Below, in pieces: positions 24,049 through 29,919 of a DNA stretch of 29,919 nucleotides. The position numbers and the translations under genes were made by a program. The notes below the pieces were generated by a model. The model saw only the letters and a list, made by a program, of their open reading frames with translations. It was not told the origin of the DNA and made no database searches. Source of the stretch: a virus (Duplodnaviria > Caudoviricetes); IMG/VR virus record IMGVR_UViG_3300033067_001424, positions 1 to 29,919 of that record. One strand, written 5' to 3'. How positions within the stretch are numbered: the first letter of the stretch is position 1; the number at the start of each line of letters is the position of its first letter.

Positions 24049-26298
24049 ATGGCACGCAAAGAAGACCAAACACCACGCAAGGGCGCAGCGGACGGAACCG
24101 CACGCCGCGGGGCAAATAGCAATGAAATATTACCGCCAATGGTGCAGGCAGCACAACGCGGGCAAACCACCATAACCGGGGCAGATACCGCGTGGATGTC
24201 ACCCGGAAACCCCATGCAAGGCATTGTTCCCGATACCGCAGGGCGGCAATATGATTATCCGGTTGCCACCAATTTAAATATCCGCCCGCGCTCTAATGAA
24301 TCAACCAGCTTTGCGGACTTACGCGCCCTAGCAGATGCGTATTATCTTGTTCGTATTGCTATCGAAAGCCGTAAAGACCAGCTTGTAAAATTGAAATGGC
24401 AGATAAAGCCTATAGACAAAAAGGCAAAATCTGATGCGCGTTGCGAAGAACTCACCACGTTTTTTAAATCGCCTGACAAACGCCATAACTGGCAAGAATG
24501 GATGCGTATGTTGGTCGAAGATGTTCTTGTTATTGATGCACCCGCTATTTATTTTCATCCCAACTATGGGGATAAACCTTTTGCGTTTGAAATAATAGAC
24601 GGGGCGACCATCAAGGTTCTGCTTGACCAATACGGGCGCACGCCTATTGAACCAGATCCGGCTTATCAGCAAAATATCAAGGGAGTGCCAACCGTCAATT
24701 ACACTTCGCGGGAATTGATATACAAGCCCCGCAATCCACGCAGCTTCAAGGCTTATGGTTATTCCCCGGTCGAACAAATCATAACGATTGTAAATATGGG
24801 TTTGCGCCGCGAAATGTCGCAGCTGCAATTTTACACCGAAGGCAATATTCCCGAAGCCATAGCAGCAACCCCAGAGGGATGGACACCCGACCAGATAAAA
24901 ACCTATCAGGCCTATTGGGATTCGCTCATGGAAGGCAACACCGCCGCCCGCAGGCACATGAAATTTATTCCCGGCGGTATGCAAATTTTTGAAACTAAAA
25001 GCGCAGTCCTTACAGATGCGTTTGATGAATGGCTTGCCCGTGTCGTGCTGTATTGTTTCAGCATACCAAGCACCGCCTTTGTGAAGCAAAACAACCGGGC
25101 AACCGCCGATAGTGTGAAAGAGCAGGCGGAGGAAGAAGGCTTGGTGCCTATGATGCAATGGCTTTCTGACCTGATAAATCATTTGATTGTTACTTATTGG
25201 GGATATAACGACCTGCATTTTACTTGGCAGGAAGAAGAAAGCATAGATCCGTTGGTTCAAGCGCAGGTGAACCAGATATATCTTACTTCGGTGGATGCAG
25301 AGGGGCATAGCGTACTTGATGCAAACGAAGTTAGGGCAAACCTTGGCTATGAAGCAAAAGACTTTTCCGCAATTGATGCCGCGAAGGAAGAAAAACAGCG
25401 GGCAGCTATGGAACAAATGAACGCTGGAATAAATCCCGGCAATGAAAATAAGAATAGTCCACCAAACGCTGCAAATAAGGAAAAGGACGGTGCGCCGGGT
25501 GGACTAGAAACCGCCGACGTAAAAAAAAAGACTTACGCAAAGTTAAGCGCGACAAATGTTGCGAGGGCAAACGCGCTAAGTGGGAAAATTACTAAGCTTC
25601 TCGCCAAGACGAAAAAGAAGGTAATCAAACAGGCCATTGTCGAGTTCGAGAAAGCAGTTGCGGAGAAATCTTTCACGCTTCGCAAGGTGGACGTGCAGAA
25701 CGGCTATTTCGTTTTCGAGAAAGGCACCGCCGATGATATATCGGAAGACTTAGACCTTGATCTTACCGCAATTCTGAATATCACCGCCAAACCACTAACG
25801 CAGGCGGCACGCGAGGGGGTGGAAAACGCCGAAGAATATTTAAATGGGGCAGGAAAAGCGATTGATGCAGATGTTATCGCGGAGGGTGTAGGAAATTACC
25901 ACGCCGCAGAACTTGTAACCAAGCTGGATGACGCAACCCGCGATATGCTCGCTGGCGATATTGACACCGCAATGAAAGAGGGGTGGACAACAGACGAATT
26001 AGCCGGGAAGTTATCCGAGAATTACGCCTTTTCAGAAGCGCGGGCGCAAACAATCGCCCGCACAGAAATAGCCTTTGCCGATATGCAGGGCAGCATGGAA
26101 ACATACCGTGCAAGCGGGGTTGTCACCGGGAAAAAGGTGTTGCTTGCAGAAAATCCTTGTCCTATTTGCGAAGAAAACGCAAATGATGGTATCATCGACT
26201 TAGATGAAGATTTTAGCAGTGGTGACGATGCCGCGCCGTTCCATCCTAATTGCGAGTGTACGGTAACGCCAATAATTGCAGAAGAAGACGAAGAATAA
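24049..26298 (+). CDS. Portal protein fused to a MuF (SPP1 gp7-like) head morphogenesis domain
   Basis: Portal motifs YGYSPVEQI and F.EGNIPE. C-terminal RAQTIARTE...CPIC...PFHPNCEC MuF signature. Confidence 0.88.
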   Translation: MARKEDQTPRKGAADGTARRGANSNEILPPMVQAAQRGQTTITGADTAWMSPGNPMQGIVPDTAGRQYDYPVATNLNIRPRSNESTSFADLRALADAYYLVRIAIESRKDQLVKLKWQIKPIDKKAKSDARCEELTTFFKSPDKRHNWQEWMRMLVEDVLVIDAPAIYFHPNYGDKPFAFEIIDGATIKVLLDQYGRTPIEPDPAYQQNIKGVPTVNYTSRELIYKPRNPRSFKAYGYSPVEQIITIVNMGLRREMSQLQFYTEGNIPEAIAATPEGWTPDQIKTYQAYWDSLMEGNTAARRHMKFIPGGMQIFETKSAVLTDAFDEWLARVVLYCFSIPSTAFVKQNNRATADSVKEQAEEEGLVPMMQWLSDLINHLIVTYWGYNDLHFTWQEEESIDPLVQAQVNQIYLTSVDAEGHSVLDANEVRANLGYEAKDFSAIDAAKEEKQRAAMEQMNAGINPGNENKNSPPNAANKEKDGAPGGLETADVKKKTYAKLSATNVARANALSGKITKLLAKTKKKVIKQAIVEFEKAVAEKSFTLRKVDVQNGYFVFEKGTADDISEDLDLDLTAILNITAKPLTQAAREGVENAEEYLNGAGKAIDADVIAEGVGNYHAAELVTKLDDATRDMLAGDIDTAMKEGWTTDELAGKLSENYAFSEARAQTIARTEIAFADMQGSMETYRASGVVTGKKVLLAENPCPICEENANDGIIDLDEDFSSGDDAAPFHPNCECTVTPIIAEEDEE

Positions 26299-26324
26299 AA
26301 TATTAACAACGGGAGTGAACTAAA

Positions 26325-27701
26325 ATGAAAATATTCGGTAGCATTGAAAAGCTGGAAAAGCAGGAAGATGGATCAATAATCGTTAGCGGCTATGCTTCAA
26401 GTGAAGCGCAGGACTGCGACGGGGAAATTATCAAAGCCAGCGCGATAGAAGAAGCTATACCCGATTATATGAAATTCGCCAATATCCGCGAAATGCATGA
26501 CAGCAAAAAAGCCGCTGGCGTTGCCCTTGAAATGAACGTGCTGGATGATGGCAAAACCTTTTTAAAGGCACATATTATCGACAGCGAAGCCGTCAAAAAA
26601 GTAAATGCAGGCGTTTATAAGGGCTTCTCGATCGGTGGCAAAGTTCTTAAAGGCGGGCGCGATACAGAGAATCCAAAAATTATTAAGGGTATTCGTTTAA
26701 GCGAAATATCGCTTGTTGATCGCCCGGCGAATCCAGAAAGTACATTCCTTTTGCAGAAAGTGGAAGGCGGCGACAAAGAAATTGAAACCCTCGAAAACGA
26801 AGGGGGCAAAGTTGTTGAAGACGCGGCAAAGGGGGAAGTTGCAGTTGCAGAAAAGGCAGCGGAGAACCCGGCGACCGACTCAACCGTTACTGCTTCGACC
26901 ACTTCATCGAGCGATTCGGAACCAGCAACAAAAGCGGACGGCACGACCGACGATATTAAAAAAGGCATGTATGGCATAGCTTGGCTTGCTGATATTTTGA
27001 CCAGCATTAATTGCCTGCAATCAGATGCGCAATGGGAAGCGGATTACGAAAAGGATGGTTCCGGCTTACCTGCGGCGCTTAAAGCTTGGTTGGTGCAAGG
27101 TGGCGAATTGCTTAAAAACATGGTTGCCGAAGAAGTGGCCGAACTTACCGGGGCAGACAAGGAAGTTATCGTTGACGTTATCCAGCTTGGCGAAAAAGCG
27201 AAAAACCTTATGAAGGCGGCTTGTTCACCGGAAGACGCAGAAAAGTTTGCAAAAGGCTTCGACCTGTTAGCCACCAAGGGCGATGTTATAGCTAAGGCAG
27301 GCGCACGCAACAGTTCGGCCGACCAAAAGCATATTGACGCAATCCACGCCGCGGCGATCGCGCTTGGTGCCGCCTGCGATACTGCAAAAGCTGCGGGCAT
27401 CAATGATGACATTCAGAAAGTTGCAAAATCCAATGACGAAATACGAAAAGTTTTAGGTATCACCGAAGGCGAGGACATGTTGGCAAAAGTAAATGAACTT
27501 GTGGACATGAACAACCTGTTTGCCAAAAAAATAACAGCATTTGAAGCTATGCCGAAACCACCAAAGGCAAATGTAATGGCTGTTGAAAAGAGCGCAGACG
27601 CTAAGCTTGCAACCGAAAAAGAAGCGGTGGAGGAACCCAAGGCCGCCAATGGAAAGGATGCACTAAAAAAAGTTTGGGCAGGAAATCCGGTTTTTGTATA
27701 A
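26325..27701 (+). CDS. Prohead maturation protease with a scaffold-like C-terminus
   Basis: GYASSE..D.DGE, IREMH, YKGFSIGG, EISLVDRPANPE, followed by an acidic Ala/Lys-rich tail. Confidence 0.88.
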   Translation: MKIFGSIEKLEKQEDGSIIVSGYASSEAQDCDGEIIKASAIEEAIPDYMKFANIREMHDSKKAAGVALEMNVLDDGKTFLKAHIIDSEAVKKVNAGVYKGFSIGGKVLKGGRDTENPKIIKGIRLSEISLVDRPANPESTFLLQKVEGGDKEIETLENEGGKVVEDAAKGEVAVAEKAAENPATDSTVTASTTSSSDSEPATKADGTTDDIKKGMYGIAWLADILTSINCLQSDAQWEADYEKDGSGLPAALKAWLVQGGELLKNMVAEEVAELTGADKEVIVDVIQLGEKAKNLMKAACSPEDAEKFAKGFDLLATKGDVIAKAGARNSSADQKHIDAIHAAAIALGAACDTAKAAGINDDIQKVAKSNDEIRKVLGITEGEDMLAKVNELVDMNNLFAKKITAFEAMPKPPKANVMAVEKSADAKLATEKEAVEEPKAANGKDALKKVWAGNPVFV

Positions 27702-27770
27702 AATAGAAATAAGGATTTAGTTTTTGAATAAAATAAAAATTACTAATTTTAACAACGGGAGTGAAAAACA

Positions 27771-29282
27771 ATGAGTAAATTAACTAATGAAACAATGGAA
27801 CTTTACCGCAAAATCGCGGCTAATCCTATTGCCGATAATGACGCAATCGGCAAAGCCGCAGGCTTCACACAGTCAGCCAGCGCAACTAGCGGGCTTACCA
27901 CTTACGACCTTGACCCGGTTCTTGGACATCTTTACCCGGTTCTAACTCCTCTGCGTGATATGATACCGCGCAAAGTCGGCGGCAAAGGTATCCAGGCAAA
28001 TTGGCGTGCAATTACTGGCGTTAATACTGCCAATAGCGGCGTTGGTATTTCGGAAGGAAACCGCGGTGCGGCTATAACCCATACCACAAAAGACTATACC
28101 GCTGCTTTCAAAGGCATAGGCCTTGATGACTTCGTAACCTATGAGGCCGATTGGTCGGCCGAAGGCTTCGTTGACGCAAAAGGCGAAGCGGTTCTTGGGC
28201 TGCTTAATGCGGTTATGATTGCCGAAGAAAACGTTATTCTTGGCGGTAACAACAGCATTGCGCTAGGCACTACCCCGACCCCAACCGTTGCAGACGTAAC
28301 CACTGGGGGCAGCATTGCAGCAAACAGCGCCCAGCGCGTTTATTGCGTTGCCCTTACCTTCGACGGTTATTTAGGTTCTTCCGTTGCAGGCGGCTTGCCG
28401 CTATCAGCTACCCGCACATTGTCGGACGGCACAACTGAAGCGTACAACCAAGGCACCGCGATTAAATCAAGCGTTGGTACTGTTACCACTGCAAACGATG
28501 GCAACGCTACCCATTGCTTGCGCTGCACTGTAACCGCAGTAACCGGGGCTTATGCTTATGCTTGGTTCTGGGGTACTTCCGGCAACGAATTGCTTGGCGC
28601 GATTACCACCATAAACAGCATATTGATAACTGCTACTGCTACCGGAACGCAGAATATTAGTGCAGGCTTTGCTGCGGATAAATCCCAGAACAGCCTTGTT
28701 TATGATGGCTTGATGACGCAGATTCTCACTTCTGGATCTGGGGCTTATGTTTACACCATGCCTACAGGCACCGGGGGCGTTGGAACTCCTCTTACTGGGG
28801 GAACTGATGGCACCATTACCGAAATAGACACAGCCCTGCAATCATTCTGGGATAACTATAAATTGTCCCCGGATACGCTATGGGTTTCCTCACAGGAAAT
28901 GAAGAATATCCGCAAAAAGGCCTTGGTTGGAACCACCAGTTCGGCGCAACGCTTCGTATTTGAAACCGACCAGCGCGGTATCATCATGGGAACCGCGGTT
29001 AAATCATATACCAACCCGTTTGCTATGGGTGGCAGCAAGGATATTGCAATTAAACTGCATCCGTCCTTGCCTGCGGGTACTATGGTTTTCACTAGCTCGA
29101 CAATTCCTTATAAATTGCCGAACGTAGCGCAACCATTGCAGATGAAATTACGCCGCGATTATTACCAGATCGAATATCCGCAGACACGCCGCAAATATGA
29201 ATATGGGGTTTATGCTGATGGCGTATTACAGAACTATTTCCCGCCTGCTTTTGGGATGATAACTAATATCGCGAATGGTTGA
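27771..29282 (+). CDS. Major capsid protein
   Basis: 503 aa after the protease; LYPVLTPLRDMIPR...EGNRG...EENVILGG...HPSLPAGT...PAFGMITNI. Confidence 0.8.
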   Translation: MSKLTNETMELYRKIAANPIADNDAIGKAAGFTQSASATSGLTTYDLDPVLGHLYPVLTPLRDMIPRKVGGKGIQANWRAITGVNTANSGVGISEGNRGAAITHTTKDYTAAFKGIGLDDFVTYEADWSAEGFVDAKGEAVLGLLNAVMIAEENVILGGNNSIALGTTPTPTVADVTTGGSIAANSAQRVYCVALTFDGYLGSSVAGGLPLSATRTLSDGTTEAYNQGTAIKSSVGTVTTANDGNATHCLRCTVTAVTGAYAYAWFWGTSGNELLGAITTINSILITATATGTQNISAGFAADKSQNSLVYDGLMTQILTSGSGAYVYTMPTGTGGVGTPLTGGTDGTITEIDTALQSFWDNYKLSPDTLWVSSQEMKNIRKKALVGTTSSAQRFVFETDQRGIIMGTAVKSYTNPFAMGGSKDIAIKLHPSLPAGTMVFTSSTIPYKLPNVAQPLQMKLRRDYYQIEYPQTRRKYEYGVYADGVLQNYFPPAFGMITNIANG

Positions 29283-29354
29283 TAATAACTATCTAGCAGA
29301 CGGATATTGTTTGTGATAAAATGCCTCTCAAGGGAAACTTTGGGGGGCATTTTT

Positions 29355-29822
29355 ATGGATAAAAGAGAAAAAAGATTTTGGGATTGCGTAGCTTTTGGAA
29401 TAGGTAATGCATGTTGGCTTTGGACTAAAACTAAAAACGATAATGGTTATGGCGTGACAAATTTCAAAGGCCATAGAACCACTTCGCACCGAATATCTTA
29501 TATTTTAACCAAGGGCAAGCCGCCGGAAGGAATGGTTGTAATGCACTCTTGCGATAATCGTTTATGCTGCAATCCAGCGCACTTATCAGTTGGTACCCAA
29601 AAAGAAAATATTCAAGAAATGCACAAAAAGGGACGCGCGGGCGACACCCGCAACTTTGGCCATAAGAACGGAACAACCAAATATACGGATGCACAATGTC
29701 AGGAAATGCGGCGTTTACACAAAGAAGAAAAGATGACACAAACCGCGATTTCAAAAAAGTTTGGACTTGCTCAATCACATGTGAGCAGAATAATTCGCGG
29801 TGAAAACCGAAAAGTGATATAA
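29355..29822 (+). CDS. HNH homing endonuclease with a C-terminal HTH
   Basis: CWLWT...GYG...HRISY...VMHSCDNRLCCNPAHL..GT..EN, then TQTAISKKFGLAQSHVSRI. Confidence 0.9.
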   Translation: MDKREKRFWDCVAFGIGNACWLWTKTKNDNGYGVTNFKGHRTTSHRISYILTKGKPPEGMVVMHSCDNRLCCNPAHLSVGTQKENIQEMHKKGRAGDTRNFGHKNGTTKYTDAQCQEMRRLHKEEKMTQTAISKKFGLAQSHVSRIIRGENRKVI

Positions 29823-29874
29823 TTGTTATAATTGCTATAATTTTTTTCTTAACAAAACAACAGAAAGGTTTTTT

Positions 29875-29919
29875 ATGCCAACTACAATATATAGCAAAAC
29901 TTCCGGTAGTTTTTCATTT
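29875..29919 (+). CDS. Start of the next late gene (truncated)
   Basis: GAAAGG RBS, then MPTTIYSKTSGSFS... running off the window. Confidence 0.5.
   Translation, partial: MPTTIYSKTSGSFSF

Noticed and set aside
24328-25416. 362-aa minus-strand ORF
   Set aside because: Lies wholly antisense to the portal gene and has no recognisable motif.
1-29919. tRNA/rRNA genes and prophage att sites
   Set aside because: No tRNA cloverleaf with a T-loop consensus noticed by eye, and no integrase or host junction in the window.

Overview
About 30 kb of a tailed dsDNA phage genome (Caudoviricetes; host probably a proteobacterium, not determinable from sequence alone). No host-chromosome genes, integrase or CI-type repressor are visible. 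Gene order: end of the tail-fibre/spike region (1-3393), lysis cassette (3421-4569), two short orphan genes and a terminator (to ~5385), a leftward early region (5430-15313: putative annealing protein plus YqaJ exonuclease, Gp37/Gp68, ASCH, many small hypotheticals), and a divergent rightward arm (Cro-like, DUF6948-like plus Gly-repeat protein, a cargo-carrying IS1595 element at 16357-18469, RuvC-like resolvase, replication initiator with iterons, ParB-methyltransferase, TerS, TerL, portal-MuF fusion, prohead protease, major capsid, HNH). The most striking signals are non-coding. (1) A ~245-nt structured intergenic element (6497-6742) has a hairpin loop antisense, in two parts, to the leaders of three early genes. 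(2) A C4-like antisense RNA lies upstream of the replication gene. (3) A -1 frameshift signal sits at the portal/MuF junction. (4) An SOS-box-like promoter drives the IS cargo operon. All family assignments come from motif recognition, not database searches.
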